A DNA stretch of 64,000 bases from an uncultured Candidatus Saccharibacteria bacterium (GCA_964412585.1 CAYPPJ010000001.1:17995-81994); one strand, 5' to 3'; shown: positions 47,149 through 57,300, counted from the first letter of the stretch. Translations and numbers: made by a program. The notes: generated by a model not told the origin, from the letters alone.

Positions 47149-47430
47149 CTATGCCATCTCGAGACGACGTCCGATGCGGGCGAAGTCCGATGAGAAGGTG
47201 GCGATATCGCATCGCGCAATAATCATCGGATCATCATCATCTTCGGACCAACGGATAGTGATCTCCGTGGCCGTGATCTCCTCAATTTTGCCGATGAACG
47301 GCCCAGCTGAGGCGGTCATGATTGTGGCAATGACTTGATGGTCCCGATAGAACGGAACCAATTCATTTATTGCCCTGTTTGCGTCATTCAGCGGAACGTC
47401 CGTGATTGGGACGAGGATAAACGTTTTCAT
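47149..47430 (-). CDS. hypothetical protein
   Basis: 93-aa ORF with its own terminator; no motif. Confidence 0.4.
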   Translation of the reverse strand: MKTFILVPITDVPLNDANRAINELVPFYRDHQVIATIMTASAGPFIGKIEEITATEITIRWSEDDDDPMIIARCDIATFSSDFARIGRRLEMA

Positions 47431-47565
47431 GAGCTCCTGGTTAGTTTTTGTGTTAACCGCACTACGATATGTATTATATCATGCCAGATAGCCGATTGTC
47501 AATACACCACAAAAAGGCCCTTGTTGACAAGTGCCTACAGAGTGAGTAATCTCAAGATAGCTCGT

Positions 47566-47739
47566 ATGACATCAACCAGCATCGTCTACCTGGCCGGCGG
47601 GATCCTCTGTGTTCTCATTGGCGCGGCCATCCGGTTTTCGAGGCGCTCTAGCGATTTCGATGACGGTTGGTCTCATCCGGTGAGTGTGGGTTGCCTCATC
47701 ATCGGAATCATGAGCATCGTCTGCTCATTCATGAACTAA
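47566..47739 (+). CDS. small two-TM membrane protein (candidate)
   Basis: 57 aa; preceded by TTGACA - 17 nt - TAATCT. Confidence 0.25.
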   Translation: MTSTSIVYLAGGILCVLIGAAIRFSRRSSDFDDGWSHPVSVGCLIIGIMSIVCSFMN

Positions 47740-47783
47740 TTGGTTTATCGTGCACATCCCCGCCCTTCCGGCGGGTTTGCTTT

Positions 47784-48689
47784 TTATATACCTTCTCCCT
47801 TTAGTTGTTCAACTAATTCCTTCGCTTTCTTGCTCAATTTTCGTGGCATTTCAACATGCGTCACGAGCAATAGATCGCCTCTCTTTCCTCCTGTCCCAAA
47901 TATTCCACCAGTCGTCTCATACGGCACACCTTTTCCTTTGACACGCAATATTTCTCCATGTGAAGTTCCCGCTGGAATTTTCACTTCCAATTTCCCTTCT
48001 AATGTTTCAATCTCAATTTCACCGCCGGTAAGTGCCAGTGAGAGTTTGATCGGTAAATCCATAACAAGATTGAATGCTTCCTTACGGAAAATAGGATGAT
48101 CCTTGACCCAAATGCGAACAATAAGGTCACCTTTGCCTCCTGCACCATCTTCTCCCTTACCTGCCACGCGCAATCCTTGACCACTCTCGATGCCCGGAGG
48201 AATCTTTATTGAAAGTTTCGTACCATCTATCGAAATCTCGCGATCAATACCAAAAATAGAATCTTTGAATGAAATTTCTACGTCCATAGTAATATTCCTC
48301 CCCTTTCGTGGACGTCGGCTTCCTCCGCCAAAAAATTCTCCAAAAATGTCGCCGAGGTCAAACTCCACACCTCCTTGTCCAAATCCGGCACCTTGGGTAA
48401 ATTGTGAAAAATCAAACCCGCCAAATCCTTGTCCACCAAAGCCACCCGCATTCGGATTGAATCCAGCTCCACCTGGGCCTGCTGAACCAAAGCGGTCGTA
48501 CTGTGCGCGTTTGTTGTCATCCGACAATACTGAATAAGCCTCGCTGGCTTCTTTGAACTTCTGTTCAGAGGCCGCATTGCCCTTGTTCTTGTCTGGATGA
48601 TGCTCATGCGCCAGCTTACGAAACGCCTTTTTGATGTCATCTTTTGAGGCATTTTTCTCTAGTCCGAGGGTTTTGTAGTAGTCTTTCAT
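47784..48689 (-). CDS. dnaJ: J-domain chaperone (DnaJ/CbpA-like, no zinc-finger domain)
   Basis: J domain DYYKTLGL...HPDKN, G/F-rich region, C-terminal substrate-binding domains. Confidence 0.8.
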   Translation of the reverse strand: MKDYYKTLGLEKNASKDDIKKAFRKLAHEHHPDKNKGNAASEQKFKEASEAYSVLSDDNKRAQYDRFGSAGPGGAGFNPNAGGFGGQGFGGFDFSQFTQGAGFGQGGVEFDLGDIFGEFFGGGSRRPRKGRNITMDVEISFKDSIFGIDREISIDGTKLSIKIPPGIESGQGLRVAGKGEDGAGGKGDLIVRIWVKDHPIFRKEAFNLVMDLPIKLSLALTGGEIEIETLEGKLEVKIPAGTSHGEILRVKGKGVPYETTGGIFGTGGKRGDLLLVTHVEMPRKLSKKAKELVEQLKGEGI

Positions 48690-48762
48690 TGGGGTTGACG
48701 TGTAATAATTGATATGTTACGGTAAGTTAAATAGTTTTGCAAAGCAAAATCAAAATGTAATC

Positions 48763-49110
48763 ATGAAAGCAAAATACGCTGTAATGGATAAAATTCGTTT
48801 AGTTAGCAGTGCTGAACGGAACTGGTCGACTCCTGAGGGTAGAATAGAATTCAGGGAACGTCTGGTTGAAATGCTGACCATTGCCGAACAGAAGGACCTT
48901 CCGGTTGCTTTAATGAATTTGACCAAGTCCTTTCAAGTCGAAGGGCGGTTGAATTTTGAGGAGGCAAAAAAGAGGGTTACTAAAATGTTTCGTAATGCGG
49001 GCAAGGCGATTCCACGAAACAAGAAGTTCAAGTGGTACCTGTACCGTGATGGTGTTACATCGTGGCCGCAAAGGGGTCGCATGTCCTGGCACCTTTACGT
49101 TTGGATTTAA
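48763..49110 (+). CDS. hypothetical protein inserted between dnaJ and dnaK on the opposite strand
   Basis: ORF from MKAKYAV; no motif. Confidence 0.35.
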   Translation: MKAKYAVMDKIRLVSSAERNWSTPEGRIEFRERLVEMLTIAEQKDLPVALMNLTKSFQVEGRLNFEEAKKRVTKMFRNAGKAIPRNKKFKWYLYRDGVTSWPQRGRMSWHLYVWI

Positions 49111-49117
49111 TGCGCCT

Positions 49118-49177
49118 AAAGACCCCTCTTCGTCCCCACGAGACTAGCTCGCGAGGACTGAAGAGGTCTTTTTTTAT
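49118..49177. terminator. long imperfect hairpin plus T-run (bidirectional terminator)
   Basis: AAAGACCCCTCTTC ... GAAGAGGTCTTT, then TTTTTA; inner stem GTCC..GGAC. Confidence 0.5.
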
Positions 49178-49193
49178 ACCTCAATTTGAAGAG

Positions 49194-51107
49194 CTACTTC
49201 TTCTCCTTAAACTCCGCATCCTTCACATCCCCTTCCGGACCTTTTCCATCAGGATTTCCGCCGGCAGCACCGCCAGTTTGGTTTGTACCAGCGCTCGTCT
49301 GATCATTTTTCATATACTGCCCTATCTTCTGTATCTCATCTGACAACGCCATCGTAGCCTTCTTGATAGCTTCCTTGTCAGGATTGGCATTATCCTTTGC
49401 AGTCTTGAGGTCTGCAATCTTATCCTCAATCGACTTACGCAACTCCGCAGGAACCTTGTCTCCCGCATCCTTGAGTGCCTTTTCAGCCGTATAGACCAGC
49501 TGTTCCGCAATATTCTTGGCTTCAACAGCTTCATGCTTGGCCTTGTCTTCTGCCTCATGCTTGGCCGCATCCTGCTTCATCTTCTCGACCTCTTCTTTGG
49601 ACAGACCGGAAGAAGCGGTGATCTTGATGCTGTTGGCCTTGCCGGTATTCTTGTCCTTTGCAGTCACGTTCAGGATACCGTTGGCATCAACGTCAAATGA
49701 GACTTCGATCTGCGGTGTTCCGCGAGGAGCGGGAGCAATACCATCGAGGATGAAGCGGCCCAGCGACTTGTTGTCAGCTGACATGGCGCGCTCACCTTGA
49801 GTGATATGGATCTCTACCGAGGTCTGGTTGTCGCTGGCAGTCGAGAAGATCTGCGACTTCTGGGTAGGGACAGTCGTATTCTTTTCGATGAGCTTGGTGG
49901 CAACACCGCCCATGGTTTCGATGCCCAGTGACAATGGAATAACGTCCAAGAGAAGAACGTCTTTGACATCGCCACCTAATATTCCGCCTTGAATAGCGGC
50001 GCCCACCGCAACCACCTCGTCGGGATTCACACCCATGTGCAAATCCTTACCGAAGAACTTCTTGACTGCTTCTTGTAGAGCCGGCATGCGTGTCTGTCCT
50101 CCAACCATGACTATCTCGTTGATTTCTCCCACCTTGAACGGCGAAGCTTCAACTGCGCGCTTGGTGATCTCCATGGCGCGCGTGATGAACTCCTGCGTCA
50201 TCTGCTCGAGCTGTGCTCGTGTCATAACGACGAGCAAGTGTTTTGGTCCATCCGCACCAGAGGTGATGAATGGGATATTAATCTCTGTCTGCATCGCAGT
50301 CGAGAGTTCGATCTTGGCCTTTTCTGCGGCTTCATCCAGACGCTGGAGTGCGAGCGCGTCGGTCTTGAGATCGATACCGTTTTCTTTTTTGAATGTGTCG
50401 GCCAACCAATTGACGATCTTGGCATCAATGTCGCGACCACCAAGGTGTGAGTCACCGTCAGTTGATTTGACCTCAATGACATCATCGCCTACTTCGAGCA
50501 CAGAGATGTCGAAGGTACCGCCTCCAAAGTCGAAGACGGCAATCTTTTCGTTTTTCTTTTTGCTAAAGCCATACGCCAAGGCGGCGGCTGTCGGCTCGTT
50601 GATGATGCGTTTTACATCGAGTCCAGCAATCTTGCCGGCGTCCTTGGTAGCCTGGCGCTGTGAGTCGTTGAAGTAGGCCGGAACGGTAATGACTGCTTCG
50701 GTCACTTTCTCGCCCAGACGTGCCTCGGCGTCATTCTTGAGCTTCTGGAGGATCATGGCTGACACTTCTTCCGGTCTCATCCAGGTGCCTGCCATATTTA
50801 CTTCAATGCCGCCATTTGAAGATTTGCGAGTCTCAAACGGGACATTCTTGATATCCTTCTGAACACTTGGCTCATCAAAGGTATGACCCATGAAGCGCTT
50901 GATCTGGAAGATCGTGTTCTTTGGATTGGTGACTGCTTGGCGCTTTGCCAAAAGTCCGACCAATCGTTCGCCTGTTTTAGATTGGGCGACAATCGAAGGT
51001 GTTGTACGCGCGCCTTCAGCGTTTTCGAGGACTCTCGGAACTCCTGCTTCCATCACTGCGACGGCTGAGAAGGTCGTTCCGAGGTCGATTCCGATGATTT
51101 TGGACAT
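49194..51107 (-). CDS. dnaK: chaperone DnaK (Hsp70)
   Basis: [16 protein letters not shown], full substrate-binding domain; 637 aa. Confidence 0.95.
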   Translation of the reverse strand: MSKIIGIDLGTTFSAVAVMEAGVPRVLENAEGARTTPSIVAQSKTGERLVGLLAKRQAVTNPKNTIFQIKRFMGHTFDEPSVQKDIKNVPFETRKSSNGGIEVNMAGTWMRPEEVSAMILQKLKNDAEARLGEKVTEAVITVPAYFNDSQRQATKDAGKIAGLDVKRIINEPTAAALAYGFSKKKNEKIAVFDFGGGTFDISVLEVGDDVIEVKSTDGDSHLGGRDIDAKIVNWLADTFKKENGIDLKTDALALQRLDEAAEKAKIELSTAMQTEINIPFITSGADGPKHLLVVMTRAQLEQMTQEFITRAMEITKRAVEASPFKVGEINEIVMVGGQTRMPALQEAVKKFFGKDLHMGVNPDEVVAVGAAIQGGILGGDVKDVLLLDVIPLSLGIETMGGVATKLIEKNTTVPTQKSQIFSTASDNQTSVEIHITQGERAMSADNKSLGRFILDGIAPAPRGTPQIEVSFDVDANGILNVTAKDKNTGKANSIKITASSGLSKEEVEKMKQDAAKHEAEDKAKHEAVEAKNIAEQLVYTAEKALKDAGDKVPAELRKSIEDKIADLKTAKDNANPDKEAIKKATMALSDEIQKIGQYMKNDQTSAGTNQTGGAAGGNPDGKGPEGDVKDAEFKEKK

Positions 51108-51111
51108 AGTA

Positions 51112-51139
51112 TTGACAATTATACTAAGGGTGTGATAAT
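51112..51139 (+). promoter_or_regulatory. sigma70-like promoter with extended -10 for the small plus-strand ORF divergent from dnaK
   Basis: TTGACA - 16 nt - (TGt)GATAAT. Confidence 0.45.
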
Positions 51140-51176
51140 ATTTTTCTGACTCTGAACAAACAAACTGAATAATCTT

Positions 51177-51407
51177 ATGACAATGACATTGAGAAGTGAG
51201 TGGCCAGCACTTGATGCATCCAAGAGCAAAAATGAACGGGATACACTAATTGGTGCAGGGACTCACGAAGTTGAACTCATACCGAACCCTTATGGTCACG
51301 CCGGAAACTGGATTGTACTCAAGGGAACGAAGATCGGCGGCTCTGAAGGATCGTGGAGACAATGGACTGATCGCGACGACAAATTTCAAGTCACCATCGA
51401 AGAGTAA
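51177..51407 (+). CDS. small hypothetical protein
   Basis: 76-aa ORF with an upstream promoter and a downstream hairpin plus T-run (51437-51470). Confidence 0.4.
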   Translation: MTMTLRSEWPALDASKSKNERDTLIGAGTHEVELIPNPYGHAGNWIVLKGTKIGGSEGSWRQWTDRDDKFQVTIEE

Positions 51408-51485
51408 GAACCCTCGCACTCTTTTCCACGGCTTCGCGAACATCATGTCGCGGGCCTTTTTATTTACCCAACTTTTTAATGAACC

Positions 51486-51698
51486 TCAATCTACCGCAAT
51501 AAGTTTCTTAGGATGATGATGACCATTTATGATCCTTACCGACTTCCCTGGATAGAGCCTCTGTATGATTTCAAGCACTCTCCCATTTGCCATATTCCGT
51601 TCAGCTTCTTCACGTACAGACACCACGAAATGATCATCTTTTTCTTTGATGACCTTTTCCTCGCGCGATCCCGCGATGACGCGGACATGTATATACAT
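51486..51698 (-). CDS. DUF167/YggU-family small protein
   Basis: Pattern V.V.AGS....V......F.V.V.E.AE.NMANG..L.II..L....V.II.G. Confidence 0.5.
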   Translation of the reverse strand: MYIHVRVIAGSREEKVIKEKDDHFVVSVREEAERNMANGRVLEIIQRLYPGKSVRIINGHHHPKKLIAVD

Positions 51699-52292
51699 CG
51701 CGCGGCTTAGTTATGAGAAGGCGCCCTCGTAGGTTGGCTCGTAAAAAAGAAAAGCTCGGTAAAAGGAGAAACGACGGGTGTGTATGCGGGAATATATGCA
51801 GTTTCAATTTCTTTTTGAGGACACGCAATCGGCAAACAGAAAATTGTGGAGTCAGAGCAGGTTCCAGAAAGGCGGAGGTGAGCGCTGGTCGAAATAGGCT
51901 GCGCGGAAACAAGATGACCTTTCGCTTCCCCGTTGACGATACTGACAAAGAAGGTCAGGCGGAACTGCTGGCCAGTAATGTCAGTAAAGATACGCGAAAT
52001 GAATTGGCCAGACTGAAGTGCCAATGTAGAGGTTGAATGTTGTTCGTCTAGGACGTGTTTCTTGAAGGGATTCAACATGGGTACATTATATCAAATATAG
52101 AGTAGGAAGAGAATTGACAGTACGAATGATTCATGTCAATATTGTTTTGTAGGGTTCCTAAATACAACTTGGCATTTCCGCCGGTAGCTGCTAAGGCAAC
52201 GAAGTCCTTACAGTAAAAAACAGCTTCATCCTCAACTTCCAACCCGCTACTCGTGCCCTACAAGGCAAAGACGAGAGCGGGTCTTCTATTAT
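51699..52292. other. ORF-free, hairpin-rich ~590-bp gap inside the grpE-dnaK locus; candidate structured RNA
   Basis: Only incoherent ORFs in all six frames. Multiple 7-11-bp stems (CTGGCCAG..TGGCCAG, GTTGAAT..ATTCAAC, CCCGCTCTCGT..ACGAGTAGCGGG). Confidence 0.3.
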
Positions 52293-52964
52293 CTATTTCT
52301 TATATTCTGCTACTTTAACAATCGGCGCTTTTAACACCTTGCCATTCAGCGAATACCCTTTTTGTACAACCTGAAGAATGACGTGATCAAGTTTCTCATC
52401 AGTCACCGGCTCATATGAAGTGGCCTCGTGGTGTGCATGATCAAACTTTTCATTGATAGGGTTCAATTCTTTGAGACCATTGTCGGTAAGCGCCTTGATG
52501 AGCTGTGAATAAATATATTCAACACCCACACGCCAATTTTTGTCAGCCTTTTCCCATGCTTCCCTGTTCCCCATTGCCATATCAAAACTTGCAAGAACGG
52601 GAATCAAATCCTCGATGAGCCGCTCATTGGCAAACTTCATGAAGTCCTTGCGATCTTCCTCGTCACGCTTTCTCGCATTGACCATATCAGCCTTGGCACG
52701 CTGCCAGCCAGTTAGATATTCCTGCTTTTCAGCCTCAGCTTTTTTGAGCTTCTCGCGAAGCTTCTTGATAGTCTCACCCATGGCTTCTTCAGCGACTACT
52801 GAATCATCAAGAGTATCAGAGTCGTCAGCAGAAATAGCGGCCGCCTTCGCTTCAGCGCCTTCAAGAGGAACCACATCATTTTCATCTGTATTATGTGAGG
52901 GTTTCTTTTTGAACATGTGGGTAGCATAACGGAAAATTCTCGCCGATGCAATAAACTGCATCAA
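52293..52964 (-). CDS. grpE: nucleotide exchange factor GrpE
   Basis: Coiled-coil N-terminus and C-terminal beta domain (LNPINEKFDHAHHEA...G..LKAP.V); the start may be the internal MFKKKP. Confidence 0.8.
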   Translation of the reverse strand: MMQFIASARIFRYATHMFKKKPSHNTDENDVVPLEGAEAKAAAISADDSDTLDDSVVAEEAMGETIKKLREKLKKAEAEKQEYLTGWQRAKADMVNARKRDEEDRKDFMKFANERLIEDLIPVLASFDMAMGNREAWEKADKNWRVGVEYIYSQLIKALTDNGLKELNPINEKFDHAHHEATSYEPVTDEKLDHVILQVVQKGYSLNGKVLKAPIVKVAEYKK

Positions 52965-52987
52965 AAATGGTCATAAAAACAATTAAA

Positions 52988-53015
52988 AAGCGGCGCCCGC
53001 ACATAGACGCCGCTT
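52988..53015 (-). terminator. terminator ending the minus-strand ribosomal operon, just upstream of grpE
   Basis: On the minus strand: AAGCGGCG..CGCCGCTT, then TTTTAATTGTTTTT. Confidence 0.5.
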
Positions 53016-53037
53016 GCAAGGAATGACCGTTCGTCGG

Positions 53038-53187
53038 TCAATGAGATTTAGGTTCTCCAGAAAGGAAATCCGGCATGGAACCAGGATGCCAACCGGTTTT
53101 ATCCTCATACCCCTCTGGAGCATTGCGAGCTGCATTCAGAATTACCATCAAACCAACCAACAACACCATAATCAGGCAGGCTGTCAT
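53038..53187 (-). CDS. candidate 49-aa single-TM small protein between rpsI and the operon terminator
   Basis: Hand translation: MTACLIMVLLVGLMVILNAARNAPEGYEDKTGWHPGSMPDFLSGEPKSH. Confidence 0.2.
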   Translation of the reverse strand: MTACLIMVLLVGLMVILNAARNAPEGYEDKTGWHPGSMPDFLSGEPKSH

Positions 53188-53293
53188 AGGTTTTGCGATG
53201 TTTCTGTTCGCTCATTAGTATACACCCAACAATAATATGCGCGCAAACAAAAAGAGGCCTTCGCCTCTCCTTGCTTCATACTTCTTGTTTCTT

Positions 53294-53701
53294 TTAGCGC
53301 TTGCTCCACTGCGGAGACTTGCGGGCCTTCTTGAGACCGAACTTGCGGCGCTCTTTTGCACGTGGGTCGCGCTTGAGATAGCCGAGCTTTTTGAGCTTGC
53401 CGCGAAGCTGAATATCGTAGACCAAAAGTGCGCGTGAAATACCGTGGCGAAGTGCCTCTGATTGGGCTGAAATACCCCCACCAGTGAGCTTTGCCGTCAC
53501 ATGGAACTTCTCAGCAGCCTTGCCGTTGGTGAAAGGATCTGTGGCATTTGCTTGCATTTCGAGGACTGGGAAATACGCTTCCAAAGTCTTGCCATTGATT
53601 TCAAACGAAGCTTTTGTAGCAGGATGGAGACGAACGCGGGCAATGGCAGTCTTGCGGCGACCTACAGCTTCAAAGTATTTGGTTGATGATTTTGTCGTCA
53701 T
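53294..53701 (-). CDS. rpsI: 30S ribosomal protein S9
   Basis: GRRK.AIARV, C-terminal ...KARKSPQWSKR. Confidence 0.9.
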   Translation of the reverse strand: MTTKSSTKYFEAVGRRKTAIARVRLHPATKASFEINGKTLEAYFPVLEMQANATDPFTNGKAAEKFHVTAKLTGGGISAQSEALRHGISRALLVYDIQLRGKLKKLGYLKRDPRAKERRKFGLKKARKSPQWSKR

Positions 53702-53709
53702 ACAGGTAA

Positions 53710-54054
53710 TTATTCTTTAACGGTAAGGTTCTTTATACGTTCATCACGCAAACGATTGTTTGGGAGCATGCGAGTGATTGCGCGGCGAAATACCTCGGTC
53801 ATACCACGTCGAGTGATGAGCTCTCCGAGGGACTCACTATTCAAGCCGCCACGAAAACCAGTATATGTGACATACGCATCGTTTGTCTTTTTGCGCGCCG
53901 TTACATCCACCTTTGACGCATTGATGATTTCAACTTTTTCAGCTGCAACTTTGTTCTTTGCGAAAGCAGGCGAAGTCTTCCCCATCAAAATAGATGCCGC
54001 TTCACTTGCGATGCGTCCGATTTTCTTTCCTTGTGCGTCAATGGTGTGTTTCAT
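53710..54054 (-). CDS. rplM: 50S ribosomal protein L13
   Basis: MKHT.....K.IG.AS..A..L.GK; 114 aa. Confidence 0.9.
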   Translation of the reverse strand: MKHTIDAQGKKIGRIASEAASILMGKTSPAFAKNKVAAEKVEIINASKVDVTARKKTNDAYVTYTGFRGGLNSESLGELITRRGMTEVFRRAITRMLPNNRLRDERIKNLTVKE

Positions 54055-54068
54055 GATAATAATGGAAA

Positions 54069-54419
54069 TTATACAAACTCAATCAACGACATCGGACTGT
54101 TATCCAAATCACGGTTTGGGAGCTTGACGATACGTGTGTAGCCACCCTTGCGAGTCATATACTTTGGGGCAATAACTTCGACAAGCTTCTTGGTCTCAGC
54201 TGTACTATGGATACTTGAAATGATGAGACGGCGTGAAGCTACCGTAGCGACCTTTGCCTTGGTGACAAGCTTCTCGACCATTGGGCGGAGTTCCTTTGCC
54301 TTTGCGGTCGTAGTCTTGATGCGGTTATCGCGTATAAGGTTGCGCGCCAATGAAGACATCAAAGCATTTCTCTGATTTTTCTCGCGTCCGAATTTTCGTT
54401 TGTTTGAATGATGTCTCAT
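54069..54419 (-). CDS. rplQ: 50S ribosomal protein L17
   Basis: MRHHSNKRKFGR....R.AL...LA..LI. Confidence 0.9.
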   Translation of the reverse strand: MRHHSNKRKFGREKNQRNALMSSLARNLIRDNRIKTTTAKAKELRPMVEKLVTKAKVATVASRRLIISSIHSTAETKKLVEVIAPKYMTRKGGYTRIVKLPNRDLDNSPMSLIEFV

Positions 54420-54441
54420 GGTAGTAATTAGAGATTAGTAA

Positions 54442-55410
54442 TTACTGTTTTAGTGTGATGCCATGTTGTGCCAATAATTTCTTGATCTCCTGAATGCCTT
54501 TTGCGCCAAGTCCGTCGATATCCATGATATCTGACTCCTTCTTTCGAGCAAGACCGCCAAGCGTGCGAACGTTACCATTTGCAAGAGCTTTTGCGGTGCG
54601 AGCAGAAAAACCAAGTGAATCAATACGAGTCTTGAGGAGGTCTGCATCAATATCCTTGAGTGAGCCTTCTGGAGACTCTGCCTTTTCATCGATAGAAGCA
54701 ACTGCTGCCTCAGGCTCGTCCTCGGTAAATCCAACAATCGCCTTGAGCTGGCTAATCATGAGTGAAATAGACTTTTCGAGAGCTTCACGAGGAGAAATGG
54801 TACCATCTGTCTCGATAGACATGCGGAGACGGTTGAAGTCAGTGCGATCGCCAACACGCATGTTTTCTACTTCGTAGTTCGCCTTGCGAATCGGTGTAAA
54901 TGCTGCATCGAGAGTGATGGATCCAATATCAACACGATCTTTCTGGATGATCTCCTTTGGAACATACCCAAGACCTTTTTCGACAGTGATCTCCATATCA
55001 AGCTCAGATGACTTTTCGGTAAGAGAAGCGATGTGGAGTTCTGGGTTCAGAATCTCGACCTGACCAGGAGCTTCGATATCCTTTGCGCTAATCTCCTTTG
55101 CACCTTTTGCTTTGAGAGTAAGGACAACTGGCTCATCTCCGGTCACGCGGACGCGAAGCTTCTTGAGAGCGAGCAACATGGTAATGACGTCTTCTTTGAT
55201 ACCAGTCAAAGCGGAAAATTCGTGCTCAACGCCAGCAATTTTGACCTTGGTAACAGCTGCACCTGGAAGTGACGACAAAATAATGCGGCGGAGGGAGTTG
55301 CCCAACGTGTGCCCGTATCCTGGATAAAGGCCATCGATTTCGTAGGTGCCACTTGCACCCTGTTCATTGATGACTTTTGGCTTTGATGGAAGGATGAGAT
55401 CGTGTGTCAT
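54442..55410 (-). CDS. rpoA: DNA-directed RNA polymerase alpha subunit
   Basis: GHTLGNSLRRILLSS N-terminal domain motif; C-terminal domain. Confidence 0.9.
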   Translation of the reverse strand: MTHDLILPSKPKVINEQGASGTYEIDGLYPGYGHTLGNSLRRIILSSLPGAAVTKVKIAGVEHEFSALTGIKEDVITMLLALKKLRVRVTGDEPVVLTLKAKGAKEISAKDIEAPGQVEILNPELHIASLTEKSSELDMEITVEKGLGYVPKEIIQKDRVDIGSITLDAAFTPIRKANYEVENMRVGDRTDFNRLRMSIETDGTISPREALEKSISLMISQLKAIVGFTEDEPEAAVASIDEKAESPEGSLKDIDADLLKTRIDSLGFSARTAKALANGNVRTLGGLARKKESDIMDIDGLGAKGIQEIKKLLAQHGITLKQ

Positions 55411-55458
55411 GGTGTTTATAAAATAGACGATTAATTATACATTAAAAATGATACTTGT

Positions 55459-56064
55459 CTAGCGAGTATAGAACTCGAGCACTGCACGAACATCGAACAA
55501 GAGCTCAGTCATATCTGTCGCAGGTTCACCCTCGATCTTGATCTCTTTCTTGTCTGTATTTACTGACATCCAAGCGGGAGCTTTGACATTCTTGAGCTCC
55601 TCGTCCAATTTTGCGAAAATGGTCTTCTTTTTACTGCCCTCACGAATAGTAATAATATCTCCAATACGTACTTGGTATGATGGAACATCGACCTTCTTGC
55701 CATTGACCGTAAAATGACCATGGTTGACCATCTGACGAGCAGCTGCACGGCTCAATGCAAAACCAGCACGGAGAACTGCGTTGTCAAGACGTCCTTCTAG
55801 AATGCGGAGCAGGTTCTTTGCGTTATCACCTGTCGTCTGGAGTGCAGACTTGACGTAGTTGGTGAACTGACCACCTGAAATGCCGTAGCTGTAGCGAGCC
55901 TTTTGTTTTTCCAAAAGCTGACGGCCAAATTCACTCTTGGCACTGCGGCGCTTGGTACTCTTGGTCTTTGCCTGCATGCGCAATGCGTACTTTGGTGTCT
56001 GCGTCTTTCGAAAGACGGCGGCACCGAGGTAACGAGCTTTTTTGTATCGTGGGCCAATAAGCAT
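55459..56064 (-). CDS. rpsD: 30S ribosomal protein S4
   Basis: GPRYKKARYLG; S4 domain. Confidence 0.9.
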   Translation of the reverse strand: MLIGPRYKKARYLGAAVFRKTQTPKYALRMQAKTKSTKRRSAKSEFGRQLLEKQKARYSYGISGGQFTNYVKSALQTTGDNAKNLLRILEGRLDNAVLRAGFALSRAAARQMVNHGHFTVNGKKVDVPSYQVRIGDIITIREGSKKKTIFAKLDEELKNVKAPAWMSVNTDKKEIKIEGEPATDMTELLFDVRAVLEFYTR

Positions 56065-56079
56065 GGAAGTATAATTATA

Positions 56080-56508
56080 TTAAACGCGACGAGGTTTCTT
56101 TGGCTGAGGGCCGTTGAATGGGATCGGGGTCTCATCTTTGATCGAAGTGATGACCACGCCCTTGCTGATAAAGCCACGAATGGCAGATTCACGGCCAGAA
56201 CCGACACCTTTGACTACCACAGCAACCTCTTTGAGGCCGATGTTTTGTGCCTTGAGTGCCAACGTTTCACCGACCTTTGCAGCTGCAAAAGGAGTACCCT
56301 TCTTGGCACCACGGAAACCAGCACCGCCTGAAGAACCCCACATCAGTGCATTGCCCTTTGCATCAGTCAACATAACCTTGGTGTTATTGTAGGTAGATTG
56401 AACATGGAGAATACCAGTCTCAATGCGCTTTTTTGCCGAAACAGCCGGTGCTTTCTTTGCATCAGTCTGTTCTGCTCCTTCAGTTGTAACAATTCTTTTT
56501 TTACCCAT
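56080..56508 (-). CDS. rpsK: 30S ribosomal protein S11
   Basis: HV.ST.NNT.V..TD..GN....SSGG.GF.G. Confidence 0.9.
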   Translation of the reverse strand: MGKKRIVTTEGAEQTDAKKAPAVSAKKRIETGILHVQSTYNNTKVMLTDAKGNALMWGSSGGAGFRGAKKGTPFAAAKVGETLALKAQNIGLKEVAVVVKGVGSGRESAIRGFISKGVVITSIKDETPIPFNGPQPKKPRRV

Positions 56509-56529
56509 GGTAGTGATATGAATAGCTGA

Positions 56530-56910
56530 TTACTTCTTTTCTTCCTTACGCTTACCTGATCCCATTGTCTTGCGGACGTTGCCACGAACTGTTCGTGAGT
56601 TGGTCTTTGTGCGCTGACCGCGTGATGGGAGATGGCGAGCATGCCTGTTACCACGATAGGCCTTGATATCCTTGAGACGTTTGATATTGGCAGCGACCTC
56701 GCGCTTGAGATCACCCTCAATCTTGAAACTTTCGACGAGCTTACGGACTTCATTTTCCTGCTCAACAGAGAGAGCCGTCGAACGGGTAGCTGGGTCAACT
56801 TTTGCTGTTTTCAAAATATTGAGAGCACGAGAACGTCCAATGCCGTATATAGCAGTCAAGGCGATTTCGAGTCGCTTGTTTTCTGGGACTGTTATACCGA
56901 GGATACGCAT
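56530..56910 (-). CDS. rpsM: 30S ribosomal protein S13
   Basis: MRILGI..P..KR.EIALT.IYGIG. Confidence 0.9.
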   Translation of the reverse strand: MRILGITVPENKRLEIALTAIYGIGRSRALNILKTAKVDPATRSTALSVEQENEVRKLVESFKIEGDLKREVAANIKRLKDIKAYRGNRHARHLPSRGQRTKTNSRTVRGNVRKTMGSGKRKEEKK

Positions 56911-56947
56911 AGATGTATAAAAATAAGGGTATTAATGAATATGAAAA

Positions 56948-57064
56948 TTATCCTTGGCGCTGCTTGTGACGTGGGTTTGACTTGCATACCACATACACAT
57001 AACTGCCCCGGCGGACGACGGAACACTTTGAACAGATTTTTTTGACTGAAGCTTTGACTCTCAT
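56948..57064 (-). CDS. rpmJ: 50S ribosomal protein L36 (not in the ORF track; found by hand translation)
   Basis: [38 protein letters not shown]; classic L36 with C..C..C..H zinc ribbon; sits between infA and rpsM as expected. Confidence 0.85.
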   Translation of the reverse strand: MRVKASVKKICSKCSVVRRGSYVYVVCKSNPRHKQRQG

Positions 57065-57066
57065 GA

Positions 57067-57300
57067 TTATGACCTTCTTGTTATTCGAGCACGACCTCCG
57101 TATGGATCAATATCCAAATCAACCTTATCTCCAATGAGAACGCGGATTCGATTCATTCTCATTTTTCCCGCAAGATAGGCAAGTATGACTTCCTTCGTGT
57201 CATTCAGCTCTACCCGGAATAGCGTATTCGGCAATGCCTCTACGACAATGCCGCTTGCGGTATTTTTTGCGGAGTTTTTTGATTGTGGCGCTGTGTCCAT
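57067..57300 (-). CDS. infA: translation initiation factor IF-1
   Basis: G.V.E.LPN..FRVEL.....V.A...GKMR...IR...GD.V....PYG..G.RI..R. Confidence 0.85.
   Translation of the reverse strand: MDTAPQSKNSAKNTASGIVVEALPNTLFRVELNDTKEVILAYLAGKMRMNRIRVLIGDKVDLDIDPYGGRARITRRS

Noticed and set aside
51707-52078. 123-aa minus-strand and 107-aa plus-strand ORFs in the heat-shock gap
   Set aside because: Both translations are Arg/Ser/Cys-rich with no motif or secondary-structure regularity and overlap each other. They are treated as non-coding.
51699-52292. tmRNA, RNase P RNA or SRP RNA in the grpE-dnaK gap
   Set aside because: I searched both strands by eye and found no P4 motifs (GGAAAGUCCGG / ACAGAANCCGGCUUA), no tRNA-like T-arm (GGGGGUUCGANUCCCCC) and no SRP domain IV (GGUCCGGAAGGAAGCAGC). 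Therefore I left it as an unassigned structured region.
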